From Proteromonas lacertae (taxonomy: Eukaryota), in NCBI GenBank assembly GCA_002245135.1, contig NGBS01000594.1, forward strand, positions 1 to 64,000: a stretch of 64,000 nt of DNA, written 5' to 3'. The translations under genes and the position numbers were made by a program. Positions within the stretch are counted from its first letter, which is position 1; every line of letters starts with the position of its first letter. Shown here in pieces: positions 35,679 to 49,598 of this stretch. The notes beneath the pieces are model-generated. The model worked only from the letters and a program-made list of their open reading frames with translations. It was not told the DNA's origin and ran no database searches.

Positions 35679-35891
35679 CTATCAACAGCAAATAGTGAAT
35701 TAAGTTAATACAATCTCATCAATATATGTAATCAATAGTGAATTACATTCATTTCATTTATATGAATGGAATACAATATTGTTCATCTTTATAAATATAT
35801 AATATAAAATTCGATATTTTTATAAAATCTCAAAGTAACAGTATATAATAATATACCACAATATATTATTAATTATTTGTATGATAACTTT

Positions 35892-36921
35892 CAGGGTTGT
35901 ATAAATAGGTCATGACCTTTCGGTAAAACCTATCTGTCATAGGTTTTGAAATTTTCTAGTAAATATTAGCTTACCTCTTTTGTAGTATATATCATTCTAT
36001 AAAATACCGAATTAACCAACATCCGATTAGTATTTACTGTTCTTGTAATTTGATTTTATACTTTGTAATGAGTAATATTATTACTTTATATATTTAATAT
36101 AAGTTTTAAAATGATATTAAAATTTTGAAAGAAAATATGACAAACATTTTGGCTTGTTAATAATGCAAATATTTGTTTTATAAGAGATAAATATGGTTTT
36201 AACATCACCAGTATAACATCAGATAATGCTAATAACATCGTGAAAGCTATACGAGATTTTTGTGGCAGTAACATAAGATGATTGAATCATACTCTACAGC
36301 TATGTATAAATTCTGCTATGATTAAGGATTGGATTATTGAAAAGTATTTTAAAATATTTACTGAATTAGCGCAACAATTAAAACTGTTGCAATATGAACA
36401 AAGTTAATGTAGTAGTTCCTACACTCACAACAACAAGATGGAATAGTATGTTTCTCTTGTTGAATAAGATATATGAGAATAGACAGATTCTAATTGATTA
36501 TAAGGAAATGAAATCAAAAGAATACTCAGATAATCTAGAAAAGTATAAGCAAAGTAAATTAATTGGAGTAATAAATGAGGAAAAAACAAAAGAAGATGCA
36601 CTTATTAAATATATTCCGAAGTCTGGAAATTTAGCTTATGTTATTCTTGAAAAAATGAAAGAAATTCTAAAACCTCTATACCAATTAACCATAACACTAG
36701 AAAATAGATCAATAACAATGGGTATGGCAATCCTGCATTATAAGAAAGCTATATACGAACTTAACACAGATGATTATCCTATGAAGATCAAAGAGTATGC
36801 AGAAACGATAAAGAAATATATGGTCGACAGGTTAGAAGTTATGACAAGAGATAGTGATATTCCTCTTCTTTGTGTTATGTTAGATCCTCGTTCAAAACAA
36901 TTCATTATAACTTTAGTATAA
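35892..36921 (+). mobile_element. hAT transposon relic: CAGGG-type end plus decayed transposase
   Basis: ITSDNANNIVKA (about 36213), TTRWNSMFLLL, ILKPLYQLT and MLDPRSK. The end sequence cagggttgtataaatagg is shared with 15408. Confidence 0.78.
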
Positions 36922-37041
36922 AAGTATTAATATCATAATCAAAACCACCATCACGTGTAGTATCTGTGTTTGTAGTGCAAGATGAATTGTTATTAAAATC
37001 AAAATTATCGAAATTTAAAAACAATACAATAACAGCAATTA

Positions 37042-40000
37042 TTATTTCTTATTTTTACCACATGTTTTTTTATGATTTTTCCAATCATTCGCTTGACAAT
37101 CTCTACTACAATAATACATTTCTTTACATTTACTACATTTCTTAAACTTTTCATTTAATTCTTCCATTCTTTTACAACTTGAATTTCCACACCTTTTCAA
37201 TAATCGAGTCTTCTTCTCTTTATTATCATATTCCAATATGTCTTTATTCTTTTCAATGAATGACTTATAATAATTACATTTCTTTGCAATTATATGAATT
37301 ATTGGAATTCCAGGAATAGTGTATTTATTATATTCTAATACTTCTTTTATTTGACATTTTGGATTTATTCTAACCCAATGTTGTTTCATAAAATGATTAC
37401 GCAATTTTTCTTCATTTTCACCTGGTTCAGCCATTGAATAAGGTTTTGTATAATATTCCATTATAAACACTTCAATATTACTAATATGATAAACATTACA
37501 AACATCCCAAGGAGCTGAAGGATATTTATTATCAGGTAATGCAACTTCAAGGTGTTTTATTAATTCATCATTTTCACATACTCTTTGAATGAAATCAATC
37601 TGACTATATTCAGGATATAACAATAAGAATGGGAAATATAATAAACCATCATCATCGATTTGTGGATCAGATATATATTGTTTCATATCTTCAAATAATG
37701 AAGGACCAACTAGATATTTTCTTTTTTTATAATATTCATGAACTATTTTTAATTGTTCTTTTCGAAATTTCTCTCTTTCTTCTTCTTCTTCTATTATTCT
37801 ATCTTCAACATCTTTTTCTTCACTCAACTGATAGAACAATACATATGGAATAAAATGAGAATAATATAAATCATTCATATTACATTCATTCATTACTTTA
37901 TCATCATTGAATATATACCATTTATTTTCATCAGGAGATTTGCATTTTGCAATATAATGACCAGATTCCATACTACCCCAATGACTTGTCATACCAATTA
38001 AATCATATATTCTTCTTTCTCCTCCTATTCAAAATGTAATTCATGAATATATATAATATACTTTCATTTGTTATGGATAATTCATCAGATCTATTCACAC
38101 TCTTTGATTTATCAGTTAGATTTAACTGAATGATTAATATTTTGGGGAATTTACTTAATAGTGTGATATGAATTGATGGTAGTGTACGATCGCAATTACA
38201 GCAACATCTATCAACAAAACTATAAGAGTATAATAACAAACAATTTTCTAACTCAACACTTGAAACATTTTCACCAATTCTTCTTTTAGGTACAGGAACT
38301 GATATACCAAAATTTTTAAAACTCTCATTTTCTATCAATTCACCACATGTAAGACAAGAAATTCTATTCAACATTTCCACTTCAAATACTTCACTAATTA
38401 CATTAGAATTATTAGTTGAAATGCCAAAACTATATTCTAATAATTTCAATAGCAATATTAAAAATTCATGTGCATCTTGTTGTTTATCAACTTCAAAATT
38501 ACTATTACATGTTATGGCTGATTTTATTTCTAATGGGTTTATTACTGTATTATTCTTATCATTAGTCCATAAATCTTTTAATAATTTAACAAATGTGTTT
38601 TTCATTTCATTATTATCATCATTTACTTCCAATTCTATTACATAATCTCTTAATGGTTTGATATGAACTAAGCATTGTAATATTGAGTTCATATAGCAAG
38701 TGCTACCTTCATTTACTAAACCACATGTATCACCCACATTAGGAATAGAAGTTTCATAGTAGATATTGTTTTCATCAATTGGCTGTAATTTTGGTTGTTG
38801 TGGTAGTGTTGGAAGATAATTATAATATGATAATATTCTTTCATTGATTATTCTATCTTTCTTTTTATTATGCGTATTACTATTCTTTTGTAAATCAATT
38901 GTTATAATTACATCTCCTGATTCTTCAATTTTGAAATCACTTCCATATACTGAATCTTTAAGTATTGATTTACAATATGTAATTTTTGCATTTTTAAACT
39001 GTCTATCACCTATATAATGTGAAACTAATACTTTTGATATAAAAGGTGATGATTCAGGTGATTTATCATTGGATACTGTAATATAATACATTCTTTTAAA
39101 ACACATTCTTTCTTGCAATCCACATATACATTCCTTTATTTGATCATCACAATCCAATACTTCTCGCTGATCATTTATTACATGTATAAAACAATTATTT
39201 AATAAGTAAATCATTTCTCTTTTCTCTAGAGTTGCTAAATGAACCAAACAGTATTTATTATCATTACTACAATAGATATCTCCATCAAACATATATATAA
39301 ACGGTTTTAATTCAATTTCATTTATCTCTTCAACTAATGTATTATTTCCTAATTTCAATTTATCACCATGATATAAACAATTGTACCAAACTAATTCTTG
39401 AAACAATAATTTAAATAACTGGGAAGTATTTCCTTCCTCATAAACTCTTTTAAATTTTTCATCAATTTCCTTAATATCATCTTCTCCTGCTCTATGCTTC
39501 ACACAATCATAAATATAATCAAATACTTCATCTGATATAAATTCCATTTCATGTTCATTAATTCTATCATAACATTTGGTTTTGGGATCTTTAAATGGAA
39601 TAGAATACTTCACTATATAATGAGATAATGTACTATCAAATGTGGTTGTTCTATTGGATATTTTATCTTTATTTTCATTTGATTCAGATGGATATAAATA
39701 TGTCCTTATAAATTTCATATAACCAAGTTTACCAACGATTCTTTTTATACCTTTTGAATATAATTTATCCCAATAATTTTCATCATAACATTCTTTATAA
39801 ATTGATGCATAATAGATATGTCTTGGAACATTTCCATATCTACTATTAAACTCTTTTGCTATATTTACCAAATCAGGAGGTAAACATTTTTCTTCCCATT
39901 CTTCAATTTCATCTTTACTAAATACATCCATAAAGTAATATTTTCTATGATAAGCATCAGTATTTTCTGTTAATGATTTATAATTTTTATCATCTGGTGA

Positions 40001-43000
40001 AGTAACATATAAGTATATATTACCTTTAGGATCATTATCTTGAACATCATAAGAATCACATATCACAATATCAAAGAATTTTCTTTCACTATCACATTCT
40101 ATTTTTTTTCTCTCTAAATAGTATTTATCACAAACTATTTTATCATCTTTTGTTTTTGCTTTAAGAACACATACAGTAATCTTATTGCCTTTCAATATTT
40201 CATTTAATTCTATAATTCTATTTAATATATAGATAACAAACGAAGTTTTTCCACAACCTGGATTTCCTCTCAACAAAACTCTCGTAGGATTGTCATATAT
40301 TTGGCATTGTTCAAAATAGTTAAGAAGATGTTTTGCGTAATCATCATTTATCTCTTCAGCTTTTTCATCATTCAGTGTAACACAAAGTGATTTAATATTT
40401 TCTATTACTTTTTCTTTATACTGTTTATAACAATATATTAAATATTTCAATTCATTCCATATATCTTTATAAACATCTCTAACATATACTATTCTATTAG
40501 GATATTGATATATATCACAATAAATTTTTATAGTTCTATCACTATCATTGTATTCTGGACTTGAATCTCCAAATATTTTACATAAAGAGTTTGTAACTAT
40601 TATTTATATAATTAATATATATATATATACTTTCTCGATTTTTACTATGAGCATTTAAATTACTCTTTATAAGATCTAAAAATGATTCTGTATTATTTAT
40701 TCTATTTTTATCTGTTTCGTCAATCTTTTCTTCAGTAATTGTATTATGTTCAAAGTCTTTTTGAAATGTATTTAATTTTTCTACTGCTAGATTCTTTTCA
40801 TCAAATACTAACTTCTCTTTTAGTTTTTCCCATTCTCCAATAATTCTTGATTTCTTTTCAACTAGAGATTCATTGGAATGATCTTCAATTACAGGTTCTT
40901 CTTTTGCTTTCTTTATTATCGTTTCACATATTCTATAATCATGTTTTATCTTTTCTTCTTCAACTTCATAACGTATTATATTTATTGAAAGATTTGAATA
41001 CCCTGTAACTTCTAAATCTATAGATTTATTATCACTAATAACTATATGTAATTTTTCTTCATTCTTTTGATGTAATGTTTCTGAATTCTTTTGATCTATT
41101 AAATATTTATTTAATTCATCAGAATTCATATTATAAGTTGAAAATCTTAATCTTTTAGATTTTATTGACATTATTAATTTTTGTGATTTATTCTTTTTTT
41201 CATTTCCTCTACCAGTTGATTTCATTTCATCCCATTTGTAAGTTTTATTCATTTCTTCTACTATTTTATTTTGGAATACTCCATAATGTCCAAAACCAGT
41301 ATCACCTTCTTCAAGTGATGATGTTACTTTATTCTGATTGTATGCAACAAATACAATATTGAATATTGGATTACATTTATCCAATTGATCTATAATAACT
41401 TCATTATTAATACTTGAATTGATTTCTTCTTTAATTGACTATAATAATATTAATAATACAACAATATACAGCAATAATATCATTCTTCATAGCTTTTTTA
41501 TCTTCATCATTCTTCTTATCATTATATATTACATCAATCAAATAATCTTCTAAGTCATGTAATATTTGTTCATCTTTTATGACAACTTCAACTGCATCAT
41601 TTTTCTTTTCAAGTTCTAATATTTCTATTTGTTCAACTACTTCTTGCAATTTATTTTCTAATTTCGAAATTTCAGATGCTAATGTTTTATTTTCTTCTAA
41701 TAATTCATTTGATGAATCACTACCATTTAATGAATTATCATTTTCATGTTTTCTTTTCTTTGGTATATTAGTAGTTTCTAATGTTTTATTTTCTTCTAAT
41801 AATTCATTTGATGAATCACTACCATTTAATGAATTATCATTTTCATGTTTTCTTTTCTTTGTTTTGTTTGAATCAATTCCTGATTCGCTTTTTCTTTTTA
41901 TTAAACTATATATACTTTCTTCTAATTCTTTCTTTTTCCCTTCTAATTCTACATCATTATTTGTTATTTTTGTAAAAGTTTTCTTCTCACTAGTATCTAA
42001 ATATTTCTTTTTATAATCACCATACATTTGAACTATGACATTATACCCTCTATAATAAAGTTCATTTATCAAAAACTATATAATTATATATAAAAATATT
42101 AATTATATACATAACTCTCACAAATTATTCTCTTTGATCTATCCATACTATTTATTATCTCTTTCTTTTTTTTCTCTGGGATATATCCATTATCATATAA
42201 CGCATTTGCAAGAATTTCTTTATCATTTTCATTATTACTCATATATTCATTTAGTCTTTTCAAATTACTGATTATATATGATTTATGATAGCTATATAAC
42301 ATCTATACAATAATAATTATAATAAATACATTTAGAAATGCTATCACAGTATTCTTAGTTGGATGATTATTAGAAATTGTCATTTGTAATCCAGTAATAC
42401 TATATTTGTTAATAATACATGAATCTATTGCTGGAAAATTAATTATTCTTCCAAAATCCACATAAATACCATCAAATATAAATCCATCAGAAATAAAACC
42501 ATCTTCTATTAATCCACTAATTCTATCACCTTCTATCTTTGCATTTGGTATTGTTAATCCGGTAATTACACAATCTTTAATTCTAGTATAACTCTTTGTT
42601 ACACCGTTAACTGTTATTTCACAGTCTTTTACTATTCCTTTTTTTATATCTAATGAATAATTGTCATTTATAATATATATAACACCAGTTTCAAGTTCTA
42701 CATAAGTAACTCTATAGTTGTTAATTCTACACTTACCAATTCTATTATTCTCATCCTCATTAAGATAATCAATAAATCTATCCATGTCGATATAAGTTAA
42801 TCTATATTCAGGTAGATTAACTGGAGATTCTTTACTATTTGTCTTATAATAACCATTATCTTCGAATATAATGTGACACATTCTTTCAAATATCAGTGGA
42901 TCTTTATTATTCATTATATCACCTTCAAATACTTCATATAATAATTTATAATCCTTACTATCAAAAAAATAATGACTTAATATGTATTTTTCCATTTCTT

Positions 43001-43898
43001 TTGATATATATCTCAATGTGTCAGGTATTATATTAAATTCATTTGTATCATATACAAATAATTTATCTTCATAATCAGGTGGAATATATAATGGTAATTT
43101 CTTAGTAGATTCTGTAATACTATTACCAAAATAGTCACCTATTCTTTCTGACGAATAACCGACTATAAAATTGCCATACACAAGTGCATTTTTGATTCTT
43201 ATTTCTTTACTATTATTACTTATTTTACTTCGATTAATTATCATCTCTAATTCTTCTCTAGTGAACTGAGGTATGTAGTATTGAATGGGACATCTCTTAT
43301 TTGCCATGATTTTATATTTATCTGCTTTTGGAGCACTAAGCATGATTATTATATTATCATCACTGAAATCATCTTCATGGATCACTTCATTATCGCATAT
43401 AACTATTGTTTTACCCTTTAAATCAGGTATTTCTTTATTTCTTGTAAGGAATTTATGAGTATTTGATAATCTATAATAATATTTTTCTGTCTCTTTCTCG
43501 CCAAACACTAATATGTTATATTCATCAAAATAACTGTCATTATTAAGACAATAAGCCAAAAAACAGCATAATGTAGTCTTTCCCAATTTTCTATTGCCAT
43601 AAATTAAAAAGCAATTCTGAAATTCTTTACCTTCACCTTCTTTCTTGGCTTCACCTTTCTTCCCTTCACCTTGGTTCTTGCATTTATTTTGATTCTTTTT
43701 AATTACACCTTTAATATCGTTATAAATGTTTACGTAACAACCTCTTACTAAGATCATAAAATCATCAGTAGATTTATCAGTAGAATCATCAGAAGAAGGA
43801 CAATACTTAAAATAATACACTCCTCCTACAATATTGTTAACTCTTTCCAACTTCAACTTGTTGATATCAGAATAACTTATTCCATAGTTAAAACTCAT
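37042..43898 (-). CDS. ~2230-aa multidomain protein: Crinkler-type NTPase+REase (x2), USP (C19) deubiquitinase, Cns1/TTC4 Wheel domain, MYND zinc finger; 6 exons
   Basis: Introns 42303-42329, 42076-42110, 41439-41469, 40597-40630 and 38025-38061 are all GT-AG and restore a single frame. Motifs: YGNRKLGKT; NFPAIDS..GLQMTISNNHP; RGNPGCGKT; YGNVPRHI; GLVNEGSTCYMNSILQCL; QQDAHEF; HWGSMESGHY..WYIFNDDKV; FPFLLLYPEYSQIDFI..APWD; CSKCKEMYYCSRDCQANDWKNHKKTC. Confidence 0.85.
41681..41860 (-). repeat. In-frame tandem duplication (99-nt period) encoding KKRKHENDNSLNGSDSSNELLEENKTL twice
   Basis: 41681-41760 is repeated at 41780-41859. Confidence 0.9.
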
Positions 43899-44478
43899 CA
43901 AAATAAAAGAAATGCAATAACTATACTCTTCAAATGTTTTAATAATCAAATGAAACGTATAGTTACAATCATTTCAATTTTCAAGCTTTTTGACAAGCTT
44001 TCTGAGAAAAATGCAAATAAAGGAATAAAGAAGGAAATGGAAGAATTTATATATATAGCAGATTTAGAAGTAATTTACAAAGTGAATATGATAGTATATT
44101 AGCAGATACAGAAAGTCATCAAGACAAAGTAATTACAGAATTAAATGCTAAGATTGCCAATGAACAAATCAAAAGTAGAGATACTTTATTAAATAACAGA
44201 GAATTGAAAGTGACAAGAAATAAAGCAGAAATCAACAAAATCAAATTCAAGAATTTCACAACATCAAAATGTGGTTTTATTAAGCAAATCCAAAGGTAAT
44301 TCAACCAGAACAATATCCATTATCATTAACGCAGATGGAAGAAGAAGAAAAATGCCTTTATTTCTGAATTAATAATAGATATTAACATCTCCTTAATTAG
44401 TAGTTATAAAGAAATAATAAAATATTTCTATTCAGAAAATAACAAAGTTCAAAATATAATACACTTTAAATAACAAAA

Positions 44479-45311
44479 TTACACTTTAAATAAATTAAGC
44501 ATTTCTTCTTCCATATCATGTAATTTTGAAGGAATAATCACACAGTGTAATGGTTTGCCAAAATCATATTTTATTAAATCTTCTATTCTTCCATAACCAA
44601 TTCTTTGATCAGATTGACCAATTCGAGCTAATCCCACTACTTTCAAATCTTTCGATAAAACACCTTCTTTCTTTGTTTCTTCTATTTCTAATAATTGTTC
44701 TAAACATTGATTCACTGTCATAAATCGAGGAGGTTCAAATTTCGTTATTCCTCTCATCATTGCTTTAAAATCAGGTTCTTTTACTTTTATATCTAATAAA
44801 ACTAATGTATGTAAATCTTGATCCATATTAGATTTTATTGAATCATAAAAACCATTTGGTTTCCAAGTATCTGTGAAAAATGGAACTGATATTGTATGAC
44901 CGAATCTGTATAGTTGTAATCCGCAACAACCAACTGCATTCATTATACTTGCATTATGGATTACTTCAACTTCTATCCCTTTCTCTTTAGCACGAATATA
45001 CAAATCAGAGTGGGTTGTTGCACCAAATGGATCACCAACTACCAAAAATGCTACTTTCTTATCTACTGCTGGGTTTAATATCTCCTCAGCGTGAGATTCT
45101 ACCATATCTCTATCAGCTATAATGATTTCATGGTTATAAAACTTTTCCTATTAACTATAAACTATAACAAAAATACTAAATTTTCTTTGCCAACACATAG
45201 AATTGATGTATATCCCTCTAAAAATATTTTATCACACGATTTGACAGCTTCTAAACCTTTCACTGTAATATCTCTTTCATCTCCCAATCCTAAACCAACA
45301 AAATACAACAT
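44479..45311 (-). CDS. DPH5: Diphthine methyl ester synthase
   Basis: [37 protein letters not shown] and HTLVLLDIK. One short intron near 45150-45177. Confidence 0.96.
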
Positions 45312-45465
45312 AAATGATGAGAAAAAAAGAAAATGTAATTCTAAAAAAGCTTGGCTTGCAAATACAATTTTTCATTCAAATCGAATTTTCAATTTTTCTA
45401 GCAACTGTTTGTTGTATTAAAGAAGAAAAAAGTATTTATCAATATTTATGAATATGATTAATAGA

Positions 45466-48073
45466 ATGAGTAAAATGTCAAATTCAAACCCTACAGAATT
45501 GCCTACAAAGTATGCAGCTGCATTTCGTCAAGCAATTGTATATTTAGTTATTGTAATGTATTGATTCATAGCAATGTTATGAAGAAAGATCCTTCAAAAG
45601 AGGAATTAAAGCCATAGAATCAGTATTAGAGCATTATCCAGAACATGGAGGTATTATTATGAATTTAATAGATTTTTAAAAATATTATAGAATCATTAGC
45701 AGTAAAAGGTATTTTATTAAACGGATTAAAAAGAAAAGAAGAAGCTTATGCCTTAGTAAAGCAAGGAGTGAGAAACAATTTAAAGTCTCATATCAGTTGG
45801 CATATTTATGGTTTATTATACCGTGAAGATAAGAAGTATAGTGAAGCAATTAAATGTTACAACAGTGCATTAAGATTTGATGCAGATAATCGTAATATAT
45901 TGAGAGATTTAGCATTATTACAATTACAAGTGAGAGATATTGCAGGATTCTTAGAAACAAGAAGATTATTATTGAGTAAAGATGGTGGAAGAATGAATTG
46001 GTATTCATTCGTATTTGCTAATCATTTGAATGGAAATAACCAGAAAGCAATTGATGTATTTATTATTTATTAATATTATATAGATTATTGATGGATATAA
46101 CAAGTCAATGCAAGATATTGGTGAATTTCATAAAGAGCCATCTTATGAAGAAAGTCAAATGTTATTATATAAAGCAGAACTATTAGAGGAATTAGGAAAG
46201 ATAGATGACGCTATAACTTTGTTGAATGATAATGAATCTAGAATCTTTCATAAAACTGAGTGTGAAAACCGATTAGGTGTATTATATCTTAAGAATAGAG
46301 ATTATGATCATGCATTAGCATGTTATTCACATTTATTATTAGACAATCCAAATAATTACGTTTATCATAATGGTTTTCAAATGAGTTTGTTGAAAACGAA
46401 TAGTTTTTTGGATTTGAAAAAGAATGAATTAGCTTGTTTAAATAAGAGTAAAATGACTGATGAACAGAGAAATACATTATATCCAAGTTATGATAATCTT
46501 TACAAAATGAATGAGAAAAATATTCAAAATCTTCGATTCTGTATGATCTTATCACCTATCAGTGAATTTAAACAATATTTAGAGAAATATTTACAATGGG
46601 GAATAAAGTATATTCATATATATATGTTAATTATATATTAATTATATTCAATAGAAGAGCAACACCAGCTTTATTCACAGAACTTCGTCCTATAATTAAA
46701 CTCAATGAAGAAAAAGGTAAAATCATATTAGAAGAAATTAAATCATATTATGAGATTGTAACATCCACAAAGAAATTGCCAAATGATAATGATAATGAAT
46801 TAGAACAAGATAGTGTATTAGCTACTTATATATTACAAGCCAATGTATATTATATATATTATATTATATTTTATAGTGTTTGGATTATCAACATCAATAT
46901 GATGAAGCAATTAGTATACTGGACAAAGGATTATTAATTGATGGTAAATATACAGATATAGGAATGTATAAAGCAAGAATATTGAAGCATCAAAGTATAT
47001 TATATATATATATAACTTTTTTTTTATTAATTATTACTATTTTAAATAGATAAATTAGAAGAAGCTGCTGAATTAATGAATGTATTCCGAGAATTTGAAC
47101 TATCTGATCGATTCTTAAACAACAAAACTGTTAAATATTACCTCAGATGTAACAATATAGAAAAAGCAACAGAATTGATTGGTTTATTTACAAAGAAGGA
47201 TGTTGATATCAATGTGGATTTATACACAATGCAAGTGATATGGTTTGAATATGAATGTGGTAATGCCTATTTCAGATTGAATAATATTCCAATGGCATTA
47301 AAGAAGTATCACTCAATAATTGATCATTTTAATACTTTTATTGATGATCAATTTGATTTCTTTGCTTATTGTGTTAGAAAGACGAATATTTCAACATTTA
47401 AACAGGTATATATATATATATATATATATATTATTATTTCTTTATTTATTTATTAATATAGATGTGTAAATTATTAGATGAGACTTACAACAATCCTTAT
47501 TATATTAAAGCAGTAATTGGATGTTGTAAATGTTATCTTTCATTGAATGAAAAGTATATTTATTTATTATAATTGTTATTAAATAGTCCAGTAAAAAAAG
47601 AAGTAGAAAAACGTCCAGAGGAAATGACCAAAGAGGAATTGAAAGCATATAAAGAAAAACAAAAACGTGAAGAAAGAAAACGAGAAAAAGAGAGAAAAAG
47701 AGAAGAAGAAAGAAAGAAAAAGAATAAAAAAGAAGAAGATGGAATAGAATATCCTTCTGATAAAGATCCAAAAGGATTGATATTAGCATCAGTTGATAAA
47801 CCATTAGATGAAGCTAAAAAGTTGTTGGACAGTCTGGAAAATTTAAATTCAAATTTGGAGAGAGATTTGATGGAGTTTGATGTGAATATGAAGAGAAAGA
47901 AGTATTTATTATGTTTGAAGTATTTGAAGAATGCTACAAAGATTGATAAGAAGAGTAATGATGTGGTAGAAAGGATTAAAATGTGGAATGATGTTGTGAA
48001 AAGTGAAGGATTTGAAGAAGGACTGAAAGGAAAAGTGATAAATGATTTTAATGAGTATTTGAAGAAACTCTAA
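45466..48073 (+). CDS. NAA15: NatA auxiliary subunit (TPR), multi-exon
   Basis: EHGESLAVKG, SHISWHIYGLLYREDKKYSEAIKCY, DRFLNNKTVKY, DDQFDFFAYCVRK and DKDPKG. Confidence 0.93.
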
Positions 48074-48299
48074 AAAAGCATGTTTTTTTTATCAATTTTT
48101 GATATATTTTCTTTTTTTGTTTGAAGAATTTAATAACAGTAAAAGAGAATATAGAAAAATTAGAATAAATTCATTTTTAGGAACATTTGTAACTATTGGA
48201 GTAATAGAACTTAATGGAAAAACAGAAGAAGAAAAGAAAGAATTATCAAAAGAATTATTCAATATCCGCTAATTACTGAACTTTTTATTTCAAACTCAT

Positions 48300-49430
48300 T
48301 TAAAATAAACAAACAGAGAATAAAATAAAATATGTATAAAATATAAAACATCAAAAATAAATCACCATAAATTTTTAAATAATACAACAGTATTTTCTTT
48401 TCAATTTATTCTATATATGTATAATAAAATAAAATATAATATATAATACAGGAAGACTGGATTTAATACAACAAAAATCATCAATGTTCAAATTATCTAA
48501 ATTTATACCATAAAATATATTCTGCTTCAATTCATTAGGGTAAAAATAAGTTCCATTATTTCTATAAGTTGTTTTGGCTGGGTAAAATATAAAGCCATTT
48601 TGATATTTAGATAAAACTATTAATTGAGTTGGATTATCGATATTAAACACTAAAAAACAGTTTTCTTTCATATATATTACCCATTTACCCCATTGAAATG
48701 TTTCAATCTTGTTTAATACACACATATCGTATTCTGGTAAATTTAGTGTAGAAGGGATAGGATGTAGCTTTTGCGCTGTTTTCGTTGCACTACTGTATAT
48801 ACAAGTATCTTCTGATGTTTTACATTTGTACCTAAACCAACCATTACTTGAAAATGCTAATTCTATAATAATCCCATTCTTTTGAGTGATGTAACAGTAA
48901 GAAGAAGAAACCTAATAATCATATAAATTATATAAAACAGGATACATCACTGATGATCTTGATATTGCCAAATTTACAAACTCCATTTGGTAATAAACAG
49001 TTATTTTGAGGTGGTTTTGATATTATGTTGCTGTTATTAGAAAAGATTAAATTAAGATTTATATATAGTACTCGCTAAATATTAATAATTCTTCCTGATT
49101 TCTAATAAAGGGGGTTGAGCTGAAGAGACGATAATTGTAATACCATCTGCAAGAAATATTAACGATGTATTCAATATATATAAGTACCCCATATTCTTTA
49201 TCTTCTTGGAAGCATCAAATTCTTTGAGAAATCGTTCTTTCCATATTTGCTCGTGAAGAAATGTCTTTTTCCAGCTAAATAAATGATGTGAATCAAAATT
49301 TCTACTAGGATGAAACTAATTTACAGTTATAGAGATCATCTGGTGGCAGATAATCTGATATTGACTATATTCCAATAGAGATAACAAAAATAAAATACAA
49401 GAAGGATGAGGGAATTGTCTAATGCCATTC
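48300..49430 (-). CDS. Multi-exon hypothetical protein (possibly F-box-like N-terminus)
   Basis: Short exon-like segments (EQIWKERFLKEFD; ORF 48411-48725) separated by GT-AG pieces. Gene model not resolved. Confidence 0.3.
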
Positions 49431-49598
49431 TAAGAGAAGAAAATGCTAAATGTGTAATTTAGGCGCGAAAATTTAAAAAAGTGATTGATTTGCGGTTTTT
49501 CTATTTTTCACACATAAGCAATCATTTAAACCTCGTAAAAATATAATGGATATTAATAATAGAATAATAATATATTAAAAAATAACATGATAAACTGC

